From: Bacillota bacterium
Lineage (GTDB): Bacteria; Bacillota; Sulfobacillia; Sulfobacillales; JAIMBI01
Length of the DNA: 64,000 nt
Assembly: GCA_021797815.1 (NCBI GenBank)
Contig: JAJZYZ010000005.1
Location: 10,469-74,468 of the forward strand
Reading direction: 5' to 3'
Both the position numbers and the translations under genes were made by a program. Of this stretch, positions 30,729 through 39,190 are shown in pieces. The notes under the pieces were generated by a model, which was given only the letters and a program-made list of their open reading frames with translations, had not been told where the DNA came from and did not search any database. The stretch's first letter is position 1. Each line of letters begins with the position of its first letter.

Positions 30729-31631
30729 ATGCCGGTGCTTTACGTGGTAGGAAGCGTCAATTTGGATCTGATTGCGCATCTTGCGCGGATGCCGGCCGCG
30801 GGGGAGACGGTGGTGGCCAAGAGCGGCGCCCTCTCGCCGGGGGGCAAGGGTGCCAATCAGGCCCTGGCGGCGCGCCGTATGGGGGTGCCGGTGGCGCTGG
30901 TGGCCGAGGTGGGGGACGACAGTTTTCAAGAGCCTGCCCTGCGGCTTCTGAAGACCGACGGCGTGGATCTGAGCGCCGTGAGGACAGGAGCGGGGTCAAC
31001 CGGTCTCGCGCTCATCTGGGTGAGTCCCGAGGGCGAAAACACCATCGTCGTCATGCCTGGCGCCAATCAGACCTTCCTACCGACCCGCTTCGACCCGGGG
31101 CCGGCGCTGGCGGCTGGCGACGCCGTGCTCATCTCCATGGAGGTGCCCGAAAACGTGGTGGAAGCGGCCTTCGCGTGGGCCGTGCGCCATCATGCCCCCG
31201 TGTATCTCGACCCCGCCCCCGTCCCCGATCGCTTCTCGGCCTCGCTGTTTCGGGCCGACGTCCTGATGCCCAACCGCGGAGAGGCAGAGCGCCTGCTGGG
31301 CGTGGAGCTGCCGGATGTGCGTGCGGCCAAATGGGCCGCCGAAAAACTGGTGGAGCGCGGGGCCAGGGTTGGCGTCGTGAAGCTCGGGTCGGAGGGACTC
31401 GTCTATGCGAGCCGGAGCGGGGTGTTTGTGCGGCCTGCCCGGAAAGCTGAGGTGGTGGACACCACCGGTGCGGGCGACTGCTTTGCGGGTGTGCTGGCGG
31501 CCGGCCTCATGAGCGGCCTGGGCCTTGCCGAGGCGGTGGATCGGGCCATGGACGCGGCGGCCATCGCGGTGACGCGCCCGGGTGCGCAGCCCTCTTTTCC
31601 ATATCTCCACGAACTGGACTCGAAACTTTAA
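30729..31631 (+). CDS. rbsK: Ribokinase (PfkB family)
   Basis: GSVNLDL, GGKGANQALAA, DTTGAGDCFAG. Start at ATG 30729 after GAAAGAGGG. Confidence 0.85.
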   Translation: MPVLYVVGSVNLDLIAHLARMPAAGETVVAKSGALSPGGKGANQALAARRMGVPVALVAEVGDDSFQEPALRLLKTDGVDLSAVRTGAGSTGLALIWVSPEGENTIVVMPGANQTFLPTRFDPGPALAAGDAVLISMEVPENVVEAAFAWAVRHHAPVYLDPAPVPDRFSASLFRADVLMPNRGEAERLLGVELPDVRAAKWAAEKLVERGARVGVVKLGSEGLVYASRSGVFVRPARKAEVVDTTGAGDCFAGVLAAGLMSGLGLAEAVDRAMDAAAIAVTRPGAQPSFPYLHELDSKL

Positions 31632-31691
31632 GGCGAAACGCTGGACAAGCCTGGTGGCTTGCGACAGGGTGGACAGGGGAGGCATACGAGT

Positions 31692-32789
31692 TTGGCGCAG
31701 GTAGAAATTCAGGGCGTTACGAAGCGCTTTGACAACGTGGTGGCTGTCGACAACGTCACCTTGACCGTCGAAGACCGTGAATTTCTGGTTCTTTTGGGTC
31801 CTTCCGGATGCGGCAAAACCACGACGCTCCGCATGGTGGCCGGTCTTGAGGATCCCACGGCCGGACGCATCGTGATTGCCGACCGCGACGTAACCTACGC
31901 GGAGCCCAAGGACCGGGACATCGCCATGGTGTTCCAGAACTATGCGCTCTACCCCCATATGACGGTTTTCGACAACATGGCCTTCGGTCTCAAGCTGCGC
32001 CGGTTCCCTCGAGATGAAATTCGGACCCGCGTCCAGGAAGCGGCCGGGATTCTTGGCCTGGAGAGTCTCTTGCATCGGCGTCCACGCGAGCTTTCAGGCG
32101 GCCAGCGCCAGCGCGTCGCCCTCGGCCGGGCCATCGTCCGCAACCCGAAGGTATTCTTGATGGACGAGCCGCTCTCCAACCTGGATGCCAAGCTCCGGGC
32201 CCAGACCCGGGTGCAGTTGAAGGCGCTCCACGAGCGTCTGCAGGCCACCGTCATCTATGTGACGCATGATCAGACGGAGGCCATGACCATGGGCACCCGC
32301 ATCGTCGTCATGCGCGACGGGGTGGTGCAGCAGGTGGACACGCCGGAGAACATTTATCATCATCCGGCAAACCAGTTTGTGGCTACCTTCGTGGGTACGC
32401 CGGCCATGAACATCCTGAATGGAACCTTGAAGCGAGCAGGCGACACCGTATCGGTGGACCTTGGCCAGGGCACCGCGGTGGCTCTCACCCCCGCGCTTGG
32501 CCGGGTGGCCGAGCACCTTACGTCTGGCGCCGCGCTCGGCATCAGGCCTGAAGACGTCTACCTCGACCGCTCGCACACGGGTGTGCCCATCGATGCGGTC
32601 GTCAGCGTCTTTGAACCCATGGGGCACGAGAACATGGTCTACCTGACGGTGGGAGACGGGCAGACGCTCATCGTCCGTGTCAACAACACGTGGCATGGGA
32701 GTCCCGGAGACCAGGTGGTGGCGATGCTGGACCCGGAGCGGATTCATGTGTTCGACCCCGAAACCGAACAGGTCCTGGCCGTCGGCTGA
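31692..32789 (+). CDS. Sugar-type ABC transporter ATP-binding protein (MalK/MsmX/UgpC-like)
   Basis: GPSGCGKTT, LSGGQRQRVALGRA, FLMDEPLSNLD, plus a C-terminal regulatory (TOBE-like) domain. TTG 31692 follows GGGGAGG. No permease or binding-protein gene is adjacent. Confidence 0.9.
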   Translation: MAQVEIQGVTKRFDNVVAVDNVTLTVEDREFLVLLGPSGCGKTTTLRMVAGLEDPTAGRIVIADRDVTYAEPKDRDIAMVFQNYALYPHMTVFDNMAFGLKLRRFPRDEIRTRVQEAAGILGLESLLHRRPRELSGGQRQRVALGRAIVRNPKVFLMDEPLSNLDAKLRAQTRVQLKALHERLQATVIYVTHDQTEAMTMGTRIVVMRDGVVQQVDTPENIYHHPANQFVATFVGTPAMNILNGTLKRAGDTVSVDLGQGTAVALTPALGRVAEHLTSGAALGIRPEDVYLDRSHTGVPIDAVVSVFEPMGHENMVYLTVGDGQTLIVRVNNTWHGSPGDQVVAMLDPERIHVFDPETEQVLAVG

Positions 32790-33471
32790 GGCGCCGCTCG
32801 CCGCCCGTATCCGGGCCTGCACGCGTTGCCCGGCCCTGGTTCGCTGCCGCAACGCGCCGGTGCCGGGAGCGGGGCCGGAGGATGCCCGCCTTATGATTGT
32901 GGGCATGGCTCCGGGCCGTCTCGGCGCCGACCGCACCGGTGTGCCTTTCCTGGGCGACCGGAGCGGAAGCCGGCTTCGAGGCGCCCTCGGTTCCGCCCTC
33001 GCCGGCGTCTACATCACGAACGCGGTGAAGTGCTCCCCAAAAACCTGTCGGTGGATGAAAGAGGCGTCCTGCAGGCCATCCCGGCATGAGATAACAGGCG
33101 GGCGCTGTCGTGTCGATGGGGTGGCCTGTCGACCGCGAAACCGCGATCCGGTGCCGGAGGAGGTCAGGAACTGCGCCCCGTACCTGAGCGAAGAAGTGAC
33201 GGTCGTGCGTCCGGTCGGCATTTTGGCCCTCGGACGCCTGGCCGAGGCAGCCGTAGACATGGCCCTCGGTCTGGTGCCGTCTCGTCGACCGCCGGGCCGA
33301 CCGACCGGTTTCCGGCCTTTTGTGGTCTATCTGCCCCATCCGGCATCCCTGCACTACCATCCAGAGTGGGATCGGACGTTTGATAGGTGGCTTTCGGAAA
33401 TCTCGGTGATGGCGGGTGTAACCCCGGCTCCCGGACATCCGTTCTACCAGGTAGAACCGGAAAGAGGGTGA
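32746..33471 (+). CDS. Uracil-DNA glycosylase, family 4/5 (Fe-S type)
   Basis: CTRCPALV, LMIVGMAPGRLGADRTGVPFLGDRSG, VYITNAVKCSP. The only canonical start (ATG 32746) overlaps the ABC gene by 44 nt, so the start is uncertain. Confidence 0.75.
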   Translation: MCSTPKPNRSWPSAEAPLAARIRACTRCPALVRCRNAPVPGAGPEDARLMIVGMAPGRLGADRTGVPFLGDRSGSRLRGALGSALAGVYITNAVKCSPKTCRWMKEASCRPSRHEITGGRCRVDGVACRPRNRDPVPEEVRNCAPYLSEEVTVVRPVGILALGRLAEAAVDMALGLVPSRRPPGRPTGFRPFVVYLPHPASLHYHPEWDRTFDRWLSEISVMAGVTPAPGHPFYQVEPERG

Positions 33472-33475
33472 ACTG

Positions 33476-33667
33476 ATGGCCGGGACCCGCCCGAAAGATC
33501 AGCGCCGTGCGGACTATTTTCTATATACCTGGCAGATTCGCGCCATCAGGCACCTGGCTGACGAACGGAGTCTACCGCCCAGTCAGGTCGTGCGCGAACT
33601 GTTGAGTCAGGCTTTGTCGGGGCCGGCGGACGCGCCGCCCGCAGTCGAGCGGGCGACCGCCCGCTAG
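33476..33667 (+). CDS. Small hypothetical protein, ribbon-helix-helix-like
   Basis: 63 aa. YFLYTWQIRAIRHLADERSLPPSQVVRELLSQAL fits a beta-strand plus two-helix pattern. Starts 4 nt after the UDG stop. Confidence 0.4.
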   Translation: MAGTRPKDQRRADYFLYTWQIRAIRHLADERSLPPSQVVRELLSQALSGPADAPPAVERATAR

Positions 33668-33719
33668 CTTGGCGCTGCCTCGGGGCCATGCGACAATCGC
33701 CGGGAAAGGCGGGTGTTGC

Positions 33720-34082
33720 ATGGCCCATTCTCGTGTCCTCCTGAACCTTACCCGCGGACCGGACGATCCCGACCGCGCGACGGTCGCGTTCGTGATGGCG
33801 AACGCGTCCGCCACCCTGGACAAGACTACGGTCGTGCTTCTGTCCACCGAAGGAGTCCGGGTTGGGGTGCCGGCCGCCATCGATGCCATCCAGGAACCAG
33901 GCTTCCTGCCGCTCCGGGAGCTTGTGGCGGCGTTTCTCGAGGCAGGCGGGGAGATCTGGGCCTGCACGCCGTGCGTGAACAAGCGGGGACTCGGGGAGCG
34001 CATGCACCCGGCCATCAAGAACGTGGGCGCGGTCGCGGCCATCGAGTTCGTGACCGATGGCGGGGTGAGCCTCTCGTTCTAG
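33720..34082 (+). CDS. DsrE/DsrF-like sulfur-relay family protein
   Basis: VLLNLTRGPDDPDRATVAFVMANAS...VVLLSTEGV...EIWACTPC...AVAAIEF. Start at ATG 33720 after GGGAAAGG. Confidence 0.72.
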   Translation: MAHSRVLLNLTRGPDDPDRATVAFVMANASATLDKTTVVLLSTEGVRVGVPAAIDAIQEPGFLPLRELVAAFLEAGGEIWACTPCVNKRGLGERMHPAIKNVGAVAAIEFVTDGGVSLSF

Positions 34083-34149
34083 ATAGGGCGTCTGCCAGGC
34101 TTTATGCCGCCTCTATTGTGGGGGCGGCGTGTCAATCGCGGCGGGAACC

Positions 34150-34473
34150 TTAGCTCCACCAGTCCCCTTCCGGCAGCGAGACGCAGTGGTCTTCCGCACG
34201 GGCGAGCACATCTTCCGCGAGACGCGGCCCGAAAAACGGGGTCCACCCCGCACCGGGAGGGTTCGCCCATGATGCCCGCGCACGCGCGAAGAGGCCCTCC
34301 CGGGCCTCTTCGCGGGCTTCCAGGGTGAGGGTGTCGCCATAGACATGGGCCACGCCCTCGCGGCACGCCGCTACGGCCCAGACCGGCTCACCCTTCGGGC
34401 CCCACTCATCCGCCAGGGGGTAGAGCCGGACCCACCGCAGCCTAGCGTCCGAGAGCTTCGATAACTGCCTCAT
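34150..34473 (-). CDS. Hypothetical protein
   Basis: ORF downstream of the peroxiredoxin. The only ATG overlaps the prx 3' end by 32 nt. No recognisable motifs. Confidence 0.3.
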   Translation of the reverse strand: MRQLSKLSDARLRWVRLYPLADEWGPKGEPVWAVAACREGVAHVYGDTLTLEAREEAREGLFARARASWANPPGAGWTPFFGPRLAEDVLARAEDHCVSLPEGDWWS

Positions 34474-34888
34474 AATGCGCCTCGTCGGTCGCGCTGAAGG
34501 CCCTGTTCTCGTACGCCACCGTTCCGTCGGGGGCGATAACGAAAGTGGACCGGGCCGCAAATCCGCCCTCTTCGTTCAGCACGCCATAGTCCCGGCTCAC
34601 CGCGCGGCGCCAGTCCGACGCGATGGGAAAGGGAAGCCCGCCGAGTTTTTCGCGAAAGGCATTCAAGGACGGCACCATGTCAACAGACATGGCCAGTATT
34701 TCCGCATTCCGATCTTTGACTCGGTCGGCGTATCCTCGCCACGAGGATAGCTCCGTGCTTCACCCGCCGGTAAAGGCCAGCGGGAAGAGGGCCAGGATGA
34801 GATGCTTGCCCGCGTAGTCAGAAAGGCTGCGGCGACCGTCGGTCGTGTCGACCGAGAATGCGGGAGCCGACTTTCCGGTGAGATCCAT
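34442..34888 (-). CDS. AhpE-type 1-Cys peroxiredoxin with in-frame TGA at the peroxidatic position (predicted selenocysteine, residue 43)
   Basis: MDLTGKSAPAFSV...LILALFPLAFTGG-TGA-STELSSWRGYADRVKDRNAEILAMSVDMVPSLNAFREKLGGLPFPIASDW...STFVIAPDGTV is one continuous frame. SD GGAGGTG before ATG 34888. TGA at 34762-34760. Confidence 0.8.
34731..34762 (-). promoter_or_regulatory. Candidate bacterial SECIS element (UGA plus downstream hairpin)
   Basis: UGA, then 10 nt (AGCACGGAGC), then a perfect 8-bp stem UAUCCUCG/CGAGGAUA with a UGG apical loop. Confidence 0.65.
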
Positions 34889-35575
34889 GTCGCACCTCCT
34901 CTCCCTATCATGCCGGATAGAGGGCGAAAATCCCAGGGGACGCATCTTGCCGAGGCTGTGGACCGCGCCGTCGGCAGTGAGGCTGCCGGCCACCGAGCGT
35001 GGGTTTCCCCAGTCACCATGCCTAAGGGACCGGCGCGGGCAGCGAAGACAGGGTGGACGCCGGGGATAGGATCGTTTGACCCCCGTGTTCCCGAGATTCA
35101 CCTTTGCGGGGTCTAAGCCTGCAGTCACGGCTGGAGTGTCCACGATCGTCGTCGGGTCCGCCGCGGCCGGACGACAACCCGCGGTTTTTCATCGTGAACC
35201 GCGTGCCGCGGGGCGCGAGGGACACCGAACAGAGCGGCTGCGTTCAGGCCGCCCCAGCATGTCCTTGGTCTCTTTTGGAAGAAGCGTCGCGCGGACTTGT
35301 CTCACGAGGCCGGACGGACCGGGCGTGCTGGCGCCGTCTCGGGTCTGCCACTCCCCTAGCGCGGGGGCCCCCTACGGCGTCCTCATCGAAAAGGTCTCCG
35401 CTCCAAAGGCACCCCGGCCCGACGGTCCGGCCGCCCGCTGGCTCCGGACCGACCGGCGGTCACGGCACGGGGGCAGTCCGCGCGACCGGAAAGGAGAATC
35501 GGACCAGAGCACGAATTGACACGAAACGACGGATTTCGGGCGCCAAAAGCGACACGCGCGAGCCCGACGTCGCTC

Positions 35576-35611
35576 ATAAAAAACAGGGGCGGACCCGGGC
35601 GCGGTCCGGCC
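35576..35611 (-). terminator. Terminator-like hairpin plus T-run, oriented on the minus strand
   Basis: Minus strand reads GGCCGGACC-GCGCCCG-GGTCCGCCCC then TGTTTTTTAT. No annotated minus-strand gene lies upstream of it. Confidence 0.45.
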
Positions 35612-35757
35612 ACGGCCCCACAAGATTCCACTCCTGGCTTCAGTAAATCAACAGGAGTTGTTCCCTCAATGACGAAGTGTGGCCGAGACAGGTGATCGGA
35701 ATAGCAGATCGGGTGTCGGGCTACGGTGCGGCTGCCTCGAGATGATTGGGGCAGATG

Positions 35758-35815
35758 AATGAGAGACGCGCGAACGTGCTCAGACCGAGCATCTCGTTTG
35801 GAGTCTCGTCTCATT
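35758..35815 (+). promoter_or_regulatory. Long imperfect hairpin in the 5' leader, immediately upstream of the SD of the binding-protein gene
   Basis: AATGAGAGAC..CGAACG..TGCTC-AGACC-GAGCA..CGTTTG..GTCTC.TCTCATT. The SD AGGAGG starts 7 nt after the 3' arm. Confidence 0.4.
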
Positions 35816-35833
35816 AGAGCCAGGAGGTGCCAC

Positions 35834-37609
35834 TTGAAGCACTGGAACATCTTCCGATTCACAAGGGGAGGCGTGCTCCGATCCCCCGGACGCCGCGTAC
35901 GCGCGTTGGTGCTGGGGGTCGTGGGCGTGTCGATGCTGGCGCTGGCCGGGTGCGGAGCCGGTCCGGTATCGAGTGCGTCGGCATCCCACCCGAGCGCGCT
36001 CAACATCGCGATGTACCCGCAGACGGACGTCACATGGTGGCCGCCGCTGATCCCGGCCAACAACTGCGGCACCGTGACCGGCGGCCCCGGTGGCGGTATG
36101 TGGACCTATGTGCCGCTCCTCATGATGAACAGCGCGGCGCAGATTGACTACAGTCAGTCGATCGCCCAAAAGGTCACGTACAACAAGAGCGGCACGGTCT
36201 ACGTCGTGCACCTGAACCCCAAGTGGCACTGGTCAAACGGCCAGCCGGTCACGGCGCAGGACGCCGCCTACTGGTTTACGCTCGCCAAGGCAGCCAGCAA
36301 CACGAACGCGCCGATCTTCTACTGCTACGCGGGAACCGGCGGCGTGCCGACGGCCTACAAGTCGGTGCAGGCCACCAGCACGTACACGCTCACCATCACG
36401 ACCACGGGTCCAGAAAACCCCCAGTGGTTCATCTACAACAGCATCGCGCAGTTCATCCCGCTCCCGAAGGCGCAGTGGGACCACTCCAGCAATCCCACCA
36501 CGGAGCTCAACTGGATCAAGTCGATCTCCAACTCCCCGACCAATTCCGTATACCAGGTCACTGACGGCGCCTATCTGTTCAAAAAGGCCGTCACCGACCA
36601 GTACTACGAGTTCGTGGCCAACCCCAACTTCGACGGCAGCCCGAAGCCCCAAATCAAGAAGGTGTACTACGACTACGAAACGTCGTACTCATCCATCTTC
36701 GCCGCGCTGAAGAAGGGCGCCGTGCAGTACGCGCCCTACGACAGCACGCTGTGGGCCGACCGGGCTCAGCTCACGAACGACACCATCCTGTCTACACCGC
36801 AGTACGGGTTCTACTATGCGCTGACGGACTTCGAGAAGAACGCGCAGACGGTGGGACCGCTGTTCCAGAATCTGGCCGTCCGGCAGGCGATGCAGTACGG
36901 CATCAATCAGCCGGCCATCATCAAGGACTTCTACTACGGCCAGGCGACGCCGACGTACGCGCCGGTGCCCAGGATCGCCTCGTGGTACGACAAGTCCCTG
37001 CAGAACCCGTACCCGTTCAATCTGGCCAAGGGCAAGGCCGTCCTGGAAGCTAACGGATGGCACATGGTCAACGGCGTGATGGAGAAGAACGGCCAGCAGT
37101 TGAAGTTCCAGGCCCTCCTGCCGACGGGAGCGCCGGTGCTGCTCCACATCGCCGAGTATGAACAGGCCGAGTGGGCGAAAGAGGGCATCTCGGTCAGCCT
37201 GAAGACGCTCAGTCTCGACGCGTTCATTTCCATCATCGGGGCCAACCCCGCGACCGCGCCGAAATGGGCGTTCGCGTTCGGGGCGGAGTGGTTCTACATC
37301 CCGGACTACTTCCCGAGCGGTGACGGGCTTGTGAGCACGAACGGCGGCTACAACTTCGACTACTACAACAACTCGACGGCTCCCGACCCGCACATGACGG
37401 CGCTCATCAACAAGCTCACCGGACCCGCCACCCTGGCCCAGACCCGGCAGGCGTTCTACCAGTACGAGCACTACGCGGCCCACCAGCTGCCGATGCTGTA
37501 CTTCCCGACGCCCACCGCCCTGACCGCGGTATCGACGAGTCTTGGTGGGATGAAGTCCTACAACGACCTCTACAGCGAGACCAACGTCCAGAACCTCTAC
37601 TGGAAGTAA
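35834..37609 (+). CDS. ABC transporter substrate-binding lipoprotein, family 5 (peptide/nickel/opine type)
   Basis: Lipobox LALAGCG after a basic N-terminus. About 590-aa mature domain with SBP_bac_5-like composition. TTG 35834 follows AGGAGG. No permease genes are adjacent. Confidence 0.85.
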   Translation: MKHWNIFRFTRGGVLRSPGRRVRALVLGVVGVSMLALAGCGAGPVSSASASHPSALNIAMYPQTDVTWWPPLIPANNCGTVTGGPGGGMWTYVPLLMMNSAAQIDYSQSIAQKVTYNKSGTVYVVHLNPKWHWSNGQPVTAQDAAYWFTLAKAASNTNAPIFYCYAGTGGVPTAYKSVQATSTYTLTITTTGPENPQWFIYNSIAQFIPLPKAQWDHSSNPTTELNWIKSISNSPTNSVYQVTDGAYLFKKAVTDQYYEFVANPNFDGSPKPQIKKVYYDYETSYSSIFAALKKGAVQYAPYDSTLWADRAQLTNDTILSTPQYGFYYALTDFEKNAQTVGPLFQNLAVRQAMQYGINQPAIIKDFYYGQATPTYAPVPRIASWYDKSLQNPYPFNLAKGKAVLEANGWHMVNGVMEKNGQQLKFQALLPTGAPVLLHIAEYEQAEWAKEGISVSLKTLSLDAFISIIGANPATAPKWAFAFGAEWFYIPDYFPSGDGLVSTNGGYNFDYYNNSTAPDPHMTALINKLTGPATLAQTRQAFYQYEHYAAHQLPMLYFPTPTALTAVSTSLGGMKSYNDLYSETNVQNLYWK

Positions 37610-37623
37610 AGGCCGCCGCACGG

Positions 37624-37650
37624 ACCGGGGGGCGAGAGCCCCCCGGTTTG
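37624..37650 (+). terminator. Rho-independent terminator
   Basis: CCGGGGGG-CGAGAG-CCCCCCGG followed by TTTGT. Confidence 0.75.
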
Positions 37651-37749
37651 TCGTGGCCGGGCCATCTGCTTGACGCGGCCGCGCCGCTGGGCTTTTGTGA
37701 GGGTGGACCAAGACTATTTTCATCCGTGGGCTCAAGGGGGATATGACAC

Positions 37750-39147
37750 ATGACTCAAGGCTTTCGCACGGAACGCGATTCGATGGGGGAGATGCAGGTC
37801 CCCGAAGAGGCCTACTACGGCGCTCAGACACAGCGGGCCGCGCTCAATTTTCCGATCAGCGGCATTCGCTTTTCGCGCCCTTTCATAAAGGCCATGGGCC
37901 TCATCAAGCAGGCGGCGGCCGAGGTCAACATGGACCTCGGACAGCTTGATGAGCGTCTCGGAGCCGCCATCGTGAAGGCGGCCGCCGAGGTGGCAGAGGG
38001 TCGTTTTGACGGCGAATTCGTGCTCGACATCTTCCAGACCGGGTCCGGTACGTCCACCAACATGAACGCCAACGAGGTCATCGCCCACCGGGCTTGCGAG
38101 ATTCTGGGCGAGGCGCGGACCTCGAAGACGGTTCATCCCAATGACCACGTCAACATGGGCCAGTCCAGCAATGACGCCGTGCCGACCGCCATTCATGTGG
38201 CGGCCCTCGACCTGATTGAGCATGACCTCCTGCCCGCGTTCCGGCTTCTCGAGCGGGGGCTCTCGGATAAGGCCCGTCAGTTCGACGACGTGATCAAGAT
38301 CGGGCGCACGCACCTGCAGGACGCGACCCCCATCCGGCTCGGCCAGGAGTTTGGCGGCTACGCGAGCCAGATCGCGCACGGGATCCGGCGGGTCGAGCGA
38401 TCGGCCGAAGACCTCCGCGAGCTGGCTATCGGCGGAACGGCGGTGGGAACCGGCATCAACACCCATCCTGAATTCGGGCGGCGGATGGCGGAGCGCCTGT
38501 CCAAGCTTACGGGCATCACGTTCCTCGAAGCCGACAACCACTTTGAAGCTCAGGCGGCCAAGGATGCGGCAGTCGAGATGAGCGGGACCCTGAAGACGCT
38601 CGCGGTCAGTTTCTTCAAGATTGCCCAGGACATCCGCCTCCTCGGTTCGGGCCCGCGCTGCGGCCTCGGCGAGCTCATCATCCCCGCCACCCAGCCGGGC
38701 TCCAGCATCATGCCTGGCAAGGTAAACCCGGTCATCTGCGAGTCGGTCATGATGGTGTGCGCGCAGGTGTTCGGCAATGACGTGGTCGTGACGGCGGCCG
38801 GTCAGCACGGCAACTTCGAGTTGAACGTGATGATGCCGGTTCTGACCCACAATCTTCTCCAATCCCTGGAGTTGATGGCCGCGTCCGCGCGGAACTTTGA
38901 AGACAAGCTCCTGCGGGGACTAGAGGTGGACCGCGAGCGCGCGGCAAGCCTCGTGGAGCAGAGCCTCGCCATGGTGACGGCACTCGCGCCCGTTATCGGC
39001 TACGATCGCGCGGCCGAGATCGCCAAGCACTCGTTTGAGACCCGCCGCACCGTGCGTGAACTGGTGTTGGAAGAGAAGGTGCTGCCCCCAGAGGAAGTCG
39101 AGCGGCTCCTTGACCCCTGGAGCCAGACGGAGCCGGGACGGGGGTAG
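37750..39147 (+). CDS. fumC: Class II fumarate hydratase (fumarase C / aspartase superfamily)
   Basis: ERDSMGEMQVPEEAYYGAQTQRA, TGSGTSTNMNANEV, GSSIMPGKVNP signature. Confidence 0.92.
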   Translation: MTQGFRTERDSMGEMQVPEEAYYGAQTQRAALNFPISGIRFSRPFIKAMGLIKQAAAEVNMDLGQLDERLGAAIVKAAAEVAEGRFDGEFVLDIFQTGSGTSTNMNANEVIAHRACEILGEARTSKTVHPNDHVNMGQSSNDAVPTAIHVAALDLIEHDLLPAFRLLERGLSDKARQFDDVIKIGRTHLQDATPIRLGQEFGGYASQIAHGIRRVERSAEDLRELAIGGTAVGTGINTHPEFGRRMAERLSKLTGITFLEADNHFEAQAAKDAAVEMSGTLKTLAVSFFKIAQDIRLLGSGPRCGLGELIIPATQPGSSIMPGKVNPVICESVMMVCAQVFGNDVVVTAAGQHGNFELNVMMPVLTHNLLQSLELMAASARNFEDKLLRGLEVDRERAASLVEQSLAMVTALAPVIGYDRAAEIAKHSFETRRTVRELVLEEKVLPPEEVERLLDPWSQTEPGRG

Positions 39148-39161
39148 AGAGTCCTCGATCC

Positions 39162-39190
39162 GGGGGCCGCGAGAGCGGCCCCCTTGTCAT
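39162..39190 (+). terminator. Terminator-like hairpin after fumC
   Basis: GGGGGCCGC-GAGA-GCGGCCCCC followed by TTGTCAT (weak T tract). Confidence 0.55.

Noticed and set aside
34442-35143. Peroxiredoxin pseudogene, read as a simple nonsense mutation or frameshift.
   Set aside because: There is no frameshift. A single TGA falls exactly at the catalytic Cys codon, a perfect hairpin sits at SECIS distance, and the SD and C-terminal half are intact. Sec recoding is therefore favoured. The pseudogene reading stays as the stated alternative until sel genes are confirmed.
34889-35757. tRNA-Sec (selC), tmRNA or RNase P RNA in the long non-coding interval beside the selenoprotein gene.
   Set aside because: I found no UCA anticodon loop with a 6-bp stem and no GGTTCGAnTCC-type T-loop. 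There is no GAGGAAAGTCC (P4) or ACAGAACCCGGCTTA motif on either strand. A ...GGCGTCCACC segment (35054-35045, minus strand) lacks a proper preceding T-arm.
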